From an uncultured Gemmatimonadales bacterium (GTDB lineage Bacteria > Gemmatimonadota > Gemmatimonadetes > Longimicrobiales > RSA9), in NCBI GenBank assembly GCA_963798085.1, contig CAWCRS010000010.1, forward strand, positions 96,001 to 160,000: 64,000 nucleotides of DNA, given 5' to 3'. The notes under the pieces were generated by a model that saw nothing but the letters and a program-made list of their open reading frames with translations, made no database searches and was not told the origin of the DNA. Position numbers and translations under genes: made by a program. Below are positions 29,267 to 39,381 of this stretch, piece after piece; within the stretch, counting starts at the first letter, position 1; each line of letters opens with the position of its first letter.

Positions 29267-31978
29267 ATGTCTGTCTCGTCGCGGGACGTGCAGCCGCCGC
29301 GCTTGATGCGCTGGCTGCTGGGCCGGCTGCTGCCCCGCCGGGAGCGTGCGAATCTGCTCGGCGAGCTGGCGGACCTCTACCGGCACCGGCAGCAACGCGA
29401 AGGTCGCACGCGCGCGCAACTCTGGTATGCCTGGCACACACTGGCGTTTCCGCTGCGGCTGCGTGTGGAAGCGCTGCTGGATGGGTTGCGGTCATCGGCC
29501 GGCCTCGTGGAATCGAGCGGCCGCGACCTGCGGCAGGGCGCGCGTCTGCTGCTGCGCCGTCCCGGCTATGCGCTGGCCAACATCGTCACGCTGGCCATCG
29601 GGCTGGGTGGTCTGGCCACGGTCTACTGCGCCGCAAACTGGGTGTTATTGCGACCCGTGCCCGGCGTGCGGGCTGCCGGCTCGCTGGTCACGGTGCAGCT
29701 CGAGGTGAAATCGGAGGGCAGCCCGGCGTTTCCGGTTTCCGATCCGGATCTGCGCACGCTGGCGGAGCGCAGCCACGCGCTGAGCGGTCTGGTCGGAAGC
29801 TTCGAGGCGGATGTCAACGCCAGCCTCGCGGCCGGTGGCGAACCCCGCCGGCTGAGGGCCGCAGCCGTGAGCGCGGGCTGGTTTCAGCTGCTGGGTGTGC
29901 GCGCGGTGCTGGGCCGTGTCTTCGCCGAAGAGGGTCCGGATGCCGGCGCTGGCGTGGTGATCAGTCAACAGCTCTGGCGGGAGGCGTGGGCCGGCTCGCC
30001 GGGTGCGCTGGGCAGCACCATTCGCGTGAATGCGCGACCGTTCGTCGTGATCGGCGTCGCTCCCTCCGGCTTTCACGGCGCCGAGCTTCCGGGCGAGGTG
30101 CAGCTGTGGCTGTCAGGCGAAGCGCTGCCGGTCATTGATCCGGGCCTCAGGCGGGACGTTCTCGAGGACCGCGGTGTGGCGATCTGGACGGGACTCGTGG
30201 GCCGGCTGGCGGCCGGCGCCAGCGCGGACCAGATACCCGCGGAAGGCGCCGCGACCATGGCGGCAGTACGGGCTGCGTACCGGCGCCACTCGTACTACGC
30301 GGATTATGTGTTGCGTGCCTACCCGGGTGTGGGCCTGTCACCCCGCCTGCGTCAACCGGTGCGGCGCACGCTGTCGCTGCTGGCCGGCGCCGCCGTATTC
30401 CTGCTGCTGCTGGCGCTGGCGAATGTCACAAACCTGGCGTTAGTACACGGCGCGGCGCGTGCCGGCGATGCGGCCGTGCATGCCGCGCTGGGCGCCAGCC
30501 GCTGGCGTCTGGGGCGGCGCGTACTCGCCGAACAGCTGCTGCTGGGCCTGGCCGGTGGCGCGGGCGGTGTTCTGGTGGCTGGCGTCGTGACCCGCGGCTT
30601 CGGCCACGCCAGCCTGTCGGCGCTGGGCGCCTCGCTGGAAGGCATTCGCCTGGATGGGCGCGTGGTGACGTTCACCATGGCCGCCGCGCTCTCGAGCACG
30701 CTGTTAGCGGGCGCCCTGCCGGCCGTGGCCGGCGGCGCCGGCCGGCTGCTGCCCGCGCTGAGCGGCCGGCGCCAGGGCCTGCGCCGCACGGGGCGGGTGC
30801 AGTCCGCGCTCGTCGTGTTGCAGGTCACGCTGTCTCTGCTGCTGGTCGTGGGCGCGGGCCTGCTGGTCCGCAGCGTGATCAGACTGCGCAATGCGGACCC
30901 GGGCTTCGAGCCGGACCGTGCACTGGGCTTTTCCCTGGCGCCGGAGCTTCAGGGATACGACGCGGCGGGCCGGCGTGAGCTCATGGCGAGCGTGGAAGCC
31001 GGCCTCGCCGGCCAGCCCGGTGTGCTCGCGATGGGCTTCGTGGCGCCAGCGCCCATCCGACCGTACTACGTGACCATCGCCGTTTTCCCCAGCGAAGGCA
31101 CGTGGGAAACGAGTCACATCATTGGCGCACAGTTGCAGGTCACGGCCGGCTTCCTGGCCGCGGCCGGTGCGCATCTGCTGGCGGGCCGTCAATTCGAGCC
31201 GGACGAAGACCGTCGTGTTGCCGCCGGCGAGGATCCGGTCGTCATCATTTCCCGGTCCGTGGCGAGGACCGCATGGCCGGGTCTCGCGCCGGCGGACGTG
31301 ATCGGGCGCAAGCTTTCCCGACCGGACGGAAAGGCCGCGCCGATGCGCGTGGTCGGCGTGATCGACGACATGCGGCTGATGGGTGTGGCCGCCACGGTAC
31401 CGCCCGTGATCGTGTTGCCCTGGGAAGGCGGCATCGACAGCGAGGTGAACGGTTGGGTGCGCGTGCGCGGGCGGCCGCGTGATTTCGCTTCGCTCGTGCG
31501 CGGCGTCGTCAGCGGGCTGGATGCGGCGCTGCCCGTCTATCGTGTGCGTGGTGTGCGGGCGGATCTCGACGATCTCGTCATCGAGCAGCGCGTCGTGACC
31601 TGGCTCGCGGTTGGCCTGGCGCTGGTTGGATTGTTCCTCGCCGGTGTCGGGCTGCACGGCGTACTCGGCTACGCGGTCACGCAACGCCGCCGCGAGATCG
31701 GTGTGCGCGCCGCGCTCGGTGCCGGAACGGGACGGATCATGGGCCGCCTGATCCGCGATGGCCTGGTGTTGAGCGGTTGCGGTATTGTTCTCGGCGGCGC
31801 CGGCGCCCTCGCGCTCACGCGCGTACTCGCAGCTCGCCTCTTCCAGATCACGCCGCTGGATCCGCTCGCCTGGGCCGCAGGCATGGCGCTGCTCACGCTG
31901 ATGACGGTGCTTGCCGTCTGGGCACCCGTACGCCGCTCGCTCCGCATCTCGCCGCGCGAAGCGCTGTCCGCGGAGTGA
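29267..31978 (+). CDS. ADOP-type duplicated ABC permease (MacB/FtsX domains)
   Basis: DLRQGARLLLRRPG, ALGASRWRL, QRRREIGVRAALGA duplicated FtsX domains; follows PadR. Confidence 0.92.
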   Translation: MSVSSRDVQPPRLMRWLLGRLLPRRERANLLGELADLYRHRQQREGRTRAQLWYAWHTLAFPLRLRVEALLDGLRSSAGLVESSGRDLRQGARLLLRRPGYALANIVTLAIGLGGLATVYCAANWVLLRPVPGVRAAGSLVTVQLEVKSEGSPAFPVSDPDLRTLAERSHALSGLVGSFEADVNASLAAGGEPRRLRAAAVSAGWFQLLGVRAVLGRVFAEEGPDAGAGVVISQQLWREAWAGSPGALGSTIRVNARPFVVIGVAPSGFHGAELPGEVQLWLSGEALPVIDPGLRRDVLEDRGVAIWTGLVGRLAAGASADQIPAEGAATMAAVRAAYRRHSYYADYVLRAYPGVGLSPRLRQPVRRTLSLLAGAAVFLLLLALANVTNLALVHGAARAGDAAVHAALGASRWRLGRRVLAEQLLLGLAGGAGGVLVAGVVTRGFGHASLSALGASLEGIRLDGRVVTFTMAAALSSTLLAGALPAVAGGAGRLLPALSGRRQGLRRTGRVQSALVVLQVTLSLLLVVGAGLLVRSVIRLRNADPGFEPDRALGFSLAPELQGYDAAGRRELMASVEAGLAGQPGVLAMGFVAPAPIRPYYVTIAVFPSEGTWETSHIIGAQLQVTAGFLAAAGAHLLAGRQFEPDEDRRVAAGEDPVVIISRSVARTAWPGLAPADVIGRKLSRPDGKAAPMRVVGVIDDMRLMGVAATVPPVIVLPWEGGIDSEVNGWVRVRGRPRDFASLVRGVVSGLDAALPVYRVRGVRADLDDLVIEQRVVTWLAVGLALVGLFLAGVGLHGVLGYAVTQRRREIGVRAALGAGTGRIMGRLIRDGLVLSGCGIVLGGAGALALTRVLAARLFQITPLDPLAWAAGMALLTLMTVLAVWAPVRRSLRISPREALSAE

Positions 31979-31980
31979 AT

Positions 31981-32028
31981 CGGGCTTGCGCTTGGGCTGG
32001 GGCTTGGGGGAACGGCGGCTGCGGATTG
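31981..32028 (-). repeat. REP-like intergenic repeat copy
   Basis: Reverse complement CAATCCG-cagc-CGCCGTTCC...GCCCCAGCCC matches the units at 43051-43210. Confidence 0.6.
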
Positions 32029-32079
32029 CTGACTGCGCCCTGCACAGTGACGCCGCCCCGTCGATGAACGACGGGACTG

Positions 32080-33675
32080 CTACCGCCCCGCGGCCTTCCC
32101 GGGCCAGCGTGGGTCCGGCAGCCCGGTGACCCCGCCGGTGCGGGGGTTCACCTCGATCGCGTTGAGGCGGGCGAAGTAGCTCGCAGCGGAGCGCGGGACG
32201 ACGGTCCAGCCGAGCGCGCGCAGTCCGTCCTCCACCCGCTCGCTCCACGCCGCGCCCGGGCGACGCTCGAGCACGATTGTGTTTTCCGAGACATGGAAGC
32301 GCGGCGCGGCCAGTGCAGCACCTAGCGGCTCGCCGTCCATCGCGTGGGACAGTGTCTCGACCAGACCGGAGATGATGCGCCGCGCGCCGGCGCCGCCGAT
32401 CACATAGCGCACTGTTAGTCCCTGCAGGACGATCATTGGCGACTCGGAGGACCAGGGCCGCTCGCCGGGGTGAAGGTCTCCGAGGTAACCCATGGTGGCC
32501 GCGTAGACGAAGCCGAGTCCTGGTGTGGCCACGCGCGAGCCGAGGATCGGTCCGACCGACTGCGTCAGCGCCACGGCCATGCGGCGGCGGTCCACAACCG
32601 AGACATGCGTCGTGAATGGCGGTTCGCCGTCGTCGCGGGCGCCCGCGGGTACCCGCCCGGTGCGGATGCCGACGGCGCGCTGCTCCGCCAGGGCCGCCGA
32701 TGTGAGCCAGGCCGCGTGCTCTTCGGCGCTGCCATGCTGGGCTTCGCGATCATCGAATGCGGCGGAAAGTGCCCGCGCCACCCCGTCGACCCACCGCACC
32801 GAATCCGTGTCCTCGAGCTTCAGCCGCTCGACGATCTGCAATGCCTCAATGGTCGTCGCGCCGGACGCAGGGAGATAGGTGCCGATCAGGTCGAAGCCGC
32901 GGTAGCGGCCGCGCGCGATGATCGACTCGGTGGGCGCGTACGACGCGAGGTCGGTGGCGCGCAGCCAGCCGCCGTGCGCGCGCATATCCGCGTCGATCGC
33001 CGCGGCGATCCTGCCGCGATAGAACGCGTCGACTCCACCTTCGGCGATCGTGCGCAGTGTGGCGGCGAGCGCGGGCTGACGGAATCGTTCTCCCGCCGCC
33101 CAGGGCGTGCCGTCCGGCTTCAGGAATGCCGCGGCTGATCCCGCGAACTCGCGCAGCCGCGCAGCTTCGTCGGCGATCCTCACGGCTTCCGGCGCGGGCA
33201 GCGCAAAGCCTTCCTCGGCAAGCCGGATCGCCGGCGCGAGCACGCGTGCGAGCGGCCAGGAGCCGCGTCGCTCGAGCGCCGCCGCCAGCACCGCGACCGT
33301 GCCGGGAATCCCGATCGTGACGTACCCGTACGCGTCTTCGTCGCTCACGCCGCCCGGATAGGCGAGGGGCACCTCGGTGGTGCCGTCCAGCCCGACAACG
33401 TCGCCTGTGGGCGTGCGCATCAGGATCTGCGAGCGGCCGCCGATCCCGGACATGGTCGGCTCTACGACCGCGAGCGTGAACGCGGTGGCGACCGCGGCAT
33501 CCACGGCGTTCCCGCCCTCCGCGAGCACACGCGCCCCGACGTCGCTCGCGAGCGGCGCGCCGCTGACGACCACGCCGGCGTCGTTCCGCCCGGCCGGCGT
33601 TGCGGGCGGCGGCGAGGGGGTGCAGGCGCCGAGCAGCAAACCCGCGAGCGCGACACTGCCGACGACGGGCCTCAA
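32080..33675 (-). CDS. ggt: gamma-glutamyltransferase family protein (lipoprotein)
   Basis: GGNAVDAAVATAFTLAVVEPTMSGIGG, TTHVSVVD nucleophile Thr, APRFH; lipobox LLGAC. Confidence 0.92.
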   Translation of the reverse strand: MRPVVGSVALAGLLLGACTPSPPPATPAGRNDAGVVVSGAPLASDVGARVLAEGGNAVDAAVATAFTLAVVEPTMSGIGGRSQILMRTPTGDVVGLDGTTEVPLAYPGGVSDEDAYGYVTIGIPGTVAVLAAALERRGSWPLARVLAPAIRLAEEGFALPAPEAVRIADEAARLREFAGSAAAFLKPDGTPWAAGERFRQPALAATLRTIAEGGVDAFYRGRIAAAIDADMRAHGGWLRATDLASYAPTESIIARGRYRGFDLIGTYLPASGATTIEALQIVERLKLEDTDSVRWVDGVARALSAAFDDREAQHGSAEEHAAWLTSAALAEQRAVGIRTGRVPAGARDDGEPPFTTHVSVVDRRRMAVALTQSVGPILGSRVATPGLGFVYAATMGYLGDLHPGERPWSSESPMIVLQGLTVRYVIGGAGARRIISGLVETLSHAMDGEPLGAALAAPRFHVSENTIVLERRPGAAWSERVEDGLRALGWTVVPRSAASYFARLNAIEVNPRTGGVTGLPDPRWPGKAAGR

Positions 33676-35948
33676 GGCGACGCCGCCTCCTGCGTCAGCG
33701 TGGCGCGCAGATCCACGGCCACGGCGCGATCGGAGCAGGCAAACACAGGGTTAGACTCGATGTCGGCGATTTCGGGCTCCGCCATCAGGCACGCGCCGAG
33801 CGCGAGCGCGAGGTCCGCGATCGCGTCGAGGTCCGCGGGCGCGCCGGCGCGCGGAGACGTCAAGAGAGATGAAGCGCGCAGCTCCGCCAGCGCGGAGCGC
33901 ACGTCGTCGCGGGTCGCCGGCAGCAGCCGGAGCACGACGTCGCCGATCGCTTCCACCGCGATGCCGCCGATCCCCAGCGCGAGCAGCGGCCCGAACGACG
34001 GGTCACGGCGGGCGCCGACGATCAGCTCAACGACGGGAGGCGGCAGCATCGGCGAGACGAGCACGCCTTCGAATCCGGCCCGGGTCCCCCGCCCTGCTGC
34101 CCACAGCTCCACCGCGTCGCGCACCTCGGCGAAAACGCGAGCCGCATTGGCGGCGGCCACGCGCAGCCGCACGCCGCCGGCTTCCGTCTTGTGCAACACG
34201 CCTGATGCGACGACGCGCACCGCCACTTCGCCGCCCAGCTGCGCTGCCGCCGTCTCGGCGTCTTCCGCGCTCGCGCAGAAGCGCGCGTCAACGAGTGGAA
34301 CGCCGTGGCGCATGGCGAGCGCGCGGGCTTCCGTCTCGAGAAGCGCCGTCCTTCCCGCCGCTCGCGCGTGCGCGATCCCATCATCCGAAACGTCCTCGGA
34401 CCGGGCGCCTGGAACCGGTAGCGGCGCGAGGGCCGGGCGCGCGAGCGCGCGCCCCCTCGTCGCAAGCGCGGCGACCGCTGCGCACGCGGCTTCGAGCGAG
34501 CCGGCGACCGGCACTTCCGCGCGCCGCAGCTCCCGCAGCGCCGCCGACTCCGAAGCGTGGTAGAGCGTGTGCACGACGAGCGCACGGCCGCTCCCGCGGG
34601 CCGCCGCGGCCATCGCCTTCGCCGCCTCGATCTCCGCCGCTTCGAGCGATGGCGCGAAGCGGATCGCGTAGCCGCCGAACAGACCGACGAGCAGCACGCC
34701 GCCCACGCCCGGATCCGCGACGAGCGTGCGCAGCGCGTCGGCGAAGAGCGCGGGATTGCGGTCCGTCGCGCCCGCGACATCCACGGGGTTGTGCACTGCG
34801 GCGGCAGGGCCGAGCAGCGCGCGCAGCCGTTCGCTCGTTTTCGGAGCGAGCCGCGCGAGTGGCGCGCCCACCGTGGCGAATGCGTCCGCCGCGAGCGTGG
34901 CGTGACCGCCGCCGTCGGAGAGAATGGCGATGTCGCCGGTGAACGCGGGCTGCCATGCAAGCGCGGTGGCGACTGCGCGCAGTTCGTCCGTGCGCGCCAT
35001 CTCGATGACGCCCGCCGCGCACAGCGCGGCCTTCATCACGGCGGCACCGGAGGCGAGCGCGCCCGTGTGTGAGCGAGCGGCGCGCGAGCCGGCCGCGGAG
35101 CGCCCGCCGGCGAGCAGCGCCACCGGCTTCACGCGCGCGGCGCGCGCCGCGGCTTCGACGAACGCGCGTCCGTGTTCGAAGGATTCGCCGTACATGATGA
35201 TGGCGCGGACGTGCGCGTCCGTCCGCAGGTCATCGAGCACATCGTGCCAGCGGATGTCCGCCATGTTTCCGAGCCCGACGCACGCGGCGAAGCCCTCGCC
35301 GCCGTCGCGTGCGGCGGCGCTGATCTGTTCTAACAGTATATTACCGGACTGCACGACCAGCGCCAGGCCGCCCGCGGGCACGTCGCGCATGCCGATGAGA
35401 TTGAGTCCGAGCGGCAGGTACAGCAGCCCGGAGGTGTTGGGACCGAGCACGCGGATGTCGCAGCGCGCGGCCACGGCCCGTACGCGCGCCTCCAGCTCCG
35501 CGCCCTCGCCGCCGGACTCCCGGAACCCGAGCGCGAGAACCACGGCCGCGCGCACGCCGCGACCCGCGCACTCCGCCAGGATCCCGGGCGCCGACGCGGC
35601 CGGCGTGCACAGCACTGCGAGGTCGGTCGCTTCGGGAATCTCGGCGATGGTGCGCAGCACCGGCAGCCCGAGGATCTCGCCGCCACGTGGGTTGACGGGG
35701 TGGATGCGCCCGGGATACCCCGCCTCCTGCAGCGCGCGAATGATCTGGTAGCCGCGCTTCGCCGGATCCGGGGAGGCGCCGATGATCGCTAGCGCGCGCG
35801 GCCGCAGCAGCGCGTCGAGGCCTTGTCCGCCGGCAGCCGCGTTCGGGACCGCTTCCGGACGTGCGCGGCCGGTCGCCTCTGCGTTACCCGCGTTCACGGC
35901 GCCCGCGGCCGCCTCAGCGGCCGGTGTAGCGCGGCTCTCGCTTCTCAT
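33672..35948 (-). CDS. acetate--CoA ligase (ADP-forming) family protein
   Basis: IIGAS, RVLGPNTSG, VVQSGN, AARSHTGALA, HNPVDVAG, HKTEAGGVRL, DPSFGP. Confidence 0.92.
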   Translation of the reverse strand: MRSESRATPAAEAAAGAVNAGNAEATGRARPEAVPNAAAGGQGLDALLRPRALAIIGASPDPAKRGYQIIRALQEAGYPGRIHPVNPRGGEILGLPVLRTIAEIPEATDLAVLCTPAASAPGILAECAGRGVRAAVVLALGFRESGGEGAELEARVRAVAARCDIRVLGPNTSGLLYLPLGLNLIGMRDVPAGGLALVVQSGNILLEQISAAARDGGEGFAACVGLGNMADIRWHDVLDDLRTDAHVRAIIMYGESFEHGRAFVEAAARAARVKPVALLAGGRSAAGSRAARSHTGALASGAAVMKAALCAAGVIEMARTDELRAVATALAWQPAFTGDIAILSDGGGHATLAADAFATVGAPLARLAPKTSERLRALLGPAAAVHNPVDVAGATDRNPALFADALRTLVADPGVGGVLLVGLFGGYAIRFAPSLEAAEIEAAKAMAAAARGSGRALVVHTLYHASESAALRELRRAEVPVAGSLEAACAAVAALATRGRALARPALAPLPVPGARSEDVSDDGIAHARAAGRTALLETEARALAMRHGVPLVDARFCASAEDAETAAAQLGGEVAVRVVASGVLHKTEAGGVRLRVAAANAARVFAEVRDAVELWAAGRGTRAGFEGVLVSPMLPPPVVELIVGARRDPSFGPLLALGIGGIAVEAIGDVVLRLLPATRDDVRSALAELRASSLLTSPRAGAPADLDAIADLALALGACLMAEPEIADIESNPVFACSDRAVAVDLRATLTQEAASP

Positions 35949-36744
35949 GGAACGCGCGGATGCCTTCCTTCCAGTCCTCCGTGCCCATGATCGCGTCGAG
36001 CGCGAGCGCTTCGCGGCGCAGCACCTCGGCGCGTTGCATGAAGGGAGCCCGTGCTAACAGCCGTTTTGCAAGGCGAACCGACGCGGGCGCCAGCGACGCG
36101 ACGCGCTCCGCCCATTCCAGCGCGGCACCCAGCACCTGCTCCGCCGGCAACGAGAGGTTGGCGAGGCCCATGGCGGCCGCGTCGTCGCCACCGATGAAGT
36201 CTGCAAGCAGCAGCAGCTCGCGCGCTTTCGCGAAGCCGACGCGCCGCTCCAGCGTGTACGTGACGCCGCCGCCCACGAACGTGCCCAGCGCGAGCTCCGG
36301 GAAGCGCAGCTTTGCTTCGCTGGCGACCACGATCAGGTCGCAGGAGAGCGCGAGCTCGAGGCCGCCGCCGATCGCGTGGCCGTTGACTGCGGCGATCACA
36401 GGCTTCGCGCACGTCTGGATGCGTGCGTTCGCGCGCTGCGCCGCGCGGATGTAGGCGCGCCGCTCCGCGCGCGCAGGATCCCCGCCCGCGTGCGCCTTCA
36501 GGTCCGCGCCCACACAGAAGGCGCGGCCGGCACCCGCGAGTACCGCGGCACGCAGACTGTCGTCTCGCTCGAGATCGTCGAGCGCGCCCAGCAGCGCGCG
36601 ATAGAGCGGCAGGCTCACTGCGTTGAGGCGGTGGGGCCGGTTGAGCGTGAGCAGCAGCACCGCGCCGCGGCGCTCGACCAGCACCGGCGCAGCGCCCTCT
36701 CCGCTCTGCGCTGATAACTCTCTGTTACTCTCGGCCTCGCTCAT
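35914..36744 (-). CDS. enoyl-CoA hydratase/isomerase family protein
   Basis: LTLNRPHRLNA, AFCVGADLK, KPVIAAVNGHAIGGGLELALSCD, EGIRAFHEKREPRYTGR. Confidence 0.93.
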   Translation of the reverse strand: MSEAESNRELSAQSGEGAAPVLVERRGAVLLLTLNRPHRLNAVSLPLYRALLGALDDLERDDSLRAAVLAGAGRAFCVGADLKAHAGGDPARAERRAYIRAAQRANARIQTCAKPVIAAVNGHAIGGGLELALSCDLIVVASEAKLRFPELALGTFVGGGVTYTLERRVGFAKARELLLLADFIGGDDAAAMGLANLSLPAEQVLGAALEWAERVASLAPASVRLAKRLLARAPFMQRAEVLRREALALDAIMGTEDWKEGIRAFHEKREPRYTGR

Positions 36745-38345
36745 CGCGGCGTCGCGCGTGCGGGCGCCGAACGGGTGCCGCCTGCGCGCGGAATCGGCTG
36801 GCCGGCCAGAATGCCGGTCGCCTTGCCGTCTCGCACCGCGAACTTCCCGTTGACCAGGATGTGCACCATGCCCTCGGAGAAGTGGTGCGGATCCTCGTAC
36901 GTGGCCACGTCGCGCAGCCGGGACCAGTCGATCACCAGGATGTCGGCGTAGAAGCCGGGTCGGATCAGGCCTCGCCCGGGCAGGTTGAAGAACTCCGTCG
37001 CCAGCGACGTCATGCCGCGGATCGCGAAGGGCAGCGAAATGACCGCATCCTGCTTCACGAACAGCCGCAGTTTCTGCGGGAACGCGCCATAGGCGCGCGG
37101 GTGCGTGATGCCACCCTTCGGGTCGGGCGTACGCCCGTCCGTGCACGTCATCATCCACTCGCGCGTAGCCAGAAAGCGCGTGTTAGCCGCGTCGTAGAGG
37201 TCGCGGTTCATCACCGCCGCGTTGCCTTCGCTCAGCAGCGTCTGGACGACTTTCGGGACGGACTGCTCGCGCTCCGCCGCGACCTGCGCCAGCGTCTTGC
37301 CGTTCAGGTCGGGCCGCGGGTCGACGAACTGGATCTTCTCCGCACCGCCGCGCATCTGCAGCATTTCCATCGTCTGCCTGTAGATGCTGTCGCGGAGTAC
37401 CGCATCCGCGTAGCGCGCGCGAATCGAGTCGCTGCCGCCGCTCAATGCCCAGCGCGGCAGCGTGTACGCCATCAGGTTGCTCTGCGTCGCGGTGTACGGG
37501 TGCTGCGCCGCCATCACGTTCACGCCGCGCGCGCGCGCCGAGTCGATCAGCGCCGCGCCCTCCGGCGCGCGCCCGTAGTTCTGCACGCCCTGCGCGTTGA
37601 AGTGGCTGAAGATCACGGGGGTGCCGGCGCGCTCGCCGATCGCGATCGCCTCGCGGATCGAGTTCAGGTAACCGAACGACGGGTAGAGCGCTCCGAGGTC
37701 GCGGTCGTGCGTGTCGTAGATGCCACCGTACTCGGCCGCCACGCGGTTCAGTGCGACGACCTCGTCGGTGGACGTATAGAACTGCGGCACGTAGAACAGC
37801 CCGGTCGACAGACCGATCGCGCCCGCCTCCATCCCCTTGCGCACGTACGCCTTCATGCGGTCCAGCTCGGACGGCGTCGGGTGCCGGGCCTGGCGGCCGA
37901 GGACGGACTCGCGTGCGGGACCCAGCCCCACGTATGTGGCCGCGTTGATCGCCATGCCCTGGCGGCGCCAGCGCGCGAACGTGGCGGTAATGTCGTTCGT
38001 GCCGTCGCCGTCCACGCCCACGATCACGGTCGTGATCCCCTGATAGAGCTGCGGCAGCGCCTGGCGGCCGTACTCCGAGTCGAGGTCCGCGTGGCTGTGT
38101 GCGTCGATGAAGCCCGGCGTCACGAGCAGCCCGGTCGCGTCTACCGTGTCCCTGGCAACGACGCCCGCCGCATGCGCGTTCCCGACGAAGACGATCCGGT
38201 CCCCCGTCACGCCCACGTCTGCCGGGATCCACGGGTTGCCGCCGCCATCGATCACATGGCCATTGGCGATGAGGATGTCGACACGGGTCTGGGCGTGCAG
38301 TGGCGCCGCCAGCAGGACAAAAGCGAGGAGGTGTGGTCGGCGCAT
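36741..38345 (-). CDS. N-acyl-D-amino-acid deacylase family amidohydrolase (exported)
   Basis: Signal peptide; PGFIDAHSHAD, GAIGLSTGLFY, HPRAYGAFP, RGLIRPGFYADI. Confidence 0.92.
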   Translation of the reverse strand: MRRPHLLAFVLLAAPLHAQTRVDILIANGHVIDGGGNPWIPADVGVTGDRIVFVGNAHAAGVVARDTVDATGLLVTPGFIDAHSHADLDSEYGRQALPQLYQGITTVIVGVDGDGTNDITATFARWRRQGMAINAATYVGLGPARESVLGRQARHPTPSELDRMKAYVRKGMEAGAIGLSTGLFYVPQFYTSTDEVVALNRVAAEYGGIYDTHDRDLGALYPSFGYLNSIREAIAIGERAGTPVIFSHFNAQGVQNYGRAPEGAALIDSARARGVNVMAAQHPYTATQSNLMAYTLPRWALSGGSDSIRARYADAVLRDSIYRQTMEMLQMRGGAEKIQFVDPRPDLNGKTLAQVAAEREQSVPKVVQTLLSEGNAAVMNRDLYDAANTRFLATREWMMTCTDGRTPDPKGGITHPRAYGAFPQKLRLFVKQDAVISLPFAIRGMTSLATEFFNLPGRGLIRPGFYADILVIDWSRLRDVATYEDPHHFSEGMVHILVNGKFAVRDGKATGILAGQPIPRAGGTRSAPARATPR

Positions 38346-38544
38346 TCGACGGCTCCGCTTCGGTGAGCGCGCCAAGATAGGCGCACGTGCCCGCGACGCG
38401 ACAGCCCTTGATGCTTGTGGTGACCGCTCCGCGCACGTTCGCGGGGTCGGACTGAATTCGATCTGCAAGCACTGCGACCGGCTCTTCGAGATCACGCCGA
38501 CCGGCCCGGTCGCACCGAATGGGACACGGTCTGCGCCATCGCGC

Positions 38545-38890
38545 TCATGGCAGCAGGTACGCGATCTGGCGTGCGGTCACGGGCCGAGCTGGAGCAGGCA
38601 GCGCAGCGCGGCGCGGTGCGCGGCAGGTTCGGATGCGAACGACGCGTAGAGCGCCGTCACGAGGTCGCGCCAGCGAAGCAGCTCGCGGCGAAACGAACGA
38701 CAATGGTGCTGAACCTCGACGCTCAGGTTTACGAGCCGAGCACACGCTCGCAGCTTGACCGAAGCGACGCTCTGCGCGTCGTGTCCAGAAGCGCGGATCC
38801 GCGCTGCATCTCGTTGGCGATCATCAGGATCTGCTGATCGAGATCGAAGGCGGCCCAGCGCTCGGCCGTGAGCCCGGCATGCTGCGTCAT
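38545..38890 (-). pseudogene. frameshifted hypothetical protein
   Basis: MTQHAGLTAERW...QQILMIANEMQR...ERVL continues after a frameshift near 38735 as LVNLSVEVQ...RRELLRWRDLVTALY. Confidence 0.55.
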
Positions 38891-38891
38891 G

Positions 38892-39082
38892 TCATGCCTC
38901 GCCCTGGCCGATCCGCTCATGCACCAGTCCCCGGATCGCGTGCCGCAAGGCCTCGTCAATGAAGTAGCGATCGACGAGTGCCCGTAGCCCCATCACGATC
39001 GATCCGTCCCTTGAACGAGAGCGATTCCCGGAATTTCGTCGCCCACGATTTTCTCCCGATATGCATGCGGGTCAGGCCGCAT
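38892..39082 (-). pseudogene. gene fragment, frameshifted
   Basis: MRPDPHAYREKIVGDEIPGIALVQG / IVMGLRALVDRYFIDEALRHAIRGLV...* ending 1 nt before the next ATG; no clear 5' part. Confidence 0.4.
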
Positions 39083-39381
39083 CTCGAGCGGCAATCCAAT
39101 GGAGGATACAGCCGGGAGCCGGGGCTCACGAGCCGCGCCGGTCCTGTCGCCAGGTCCTGACCGGCGCTTCACCTCCACGAGCCCTCCTTTGCCCTGGGCG
39201 AGATCGGCCGCCGCGCGACTCAGCACGCGGGATCCGGCAACCGGTGCTGGCCGGCGCGCGAACGCCCGGTCCGAATCCCGCCTCCGTTGCCACGAACCGT
39301 CCGGCTGCCGGCGAGTGGCCTCGCGCGCGCACAGCCCCGCCCCTACATTGCCCGCGTGTTCTCTGACTTCCGGAGGGTGGA

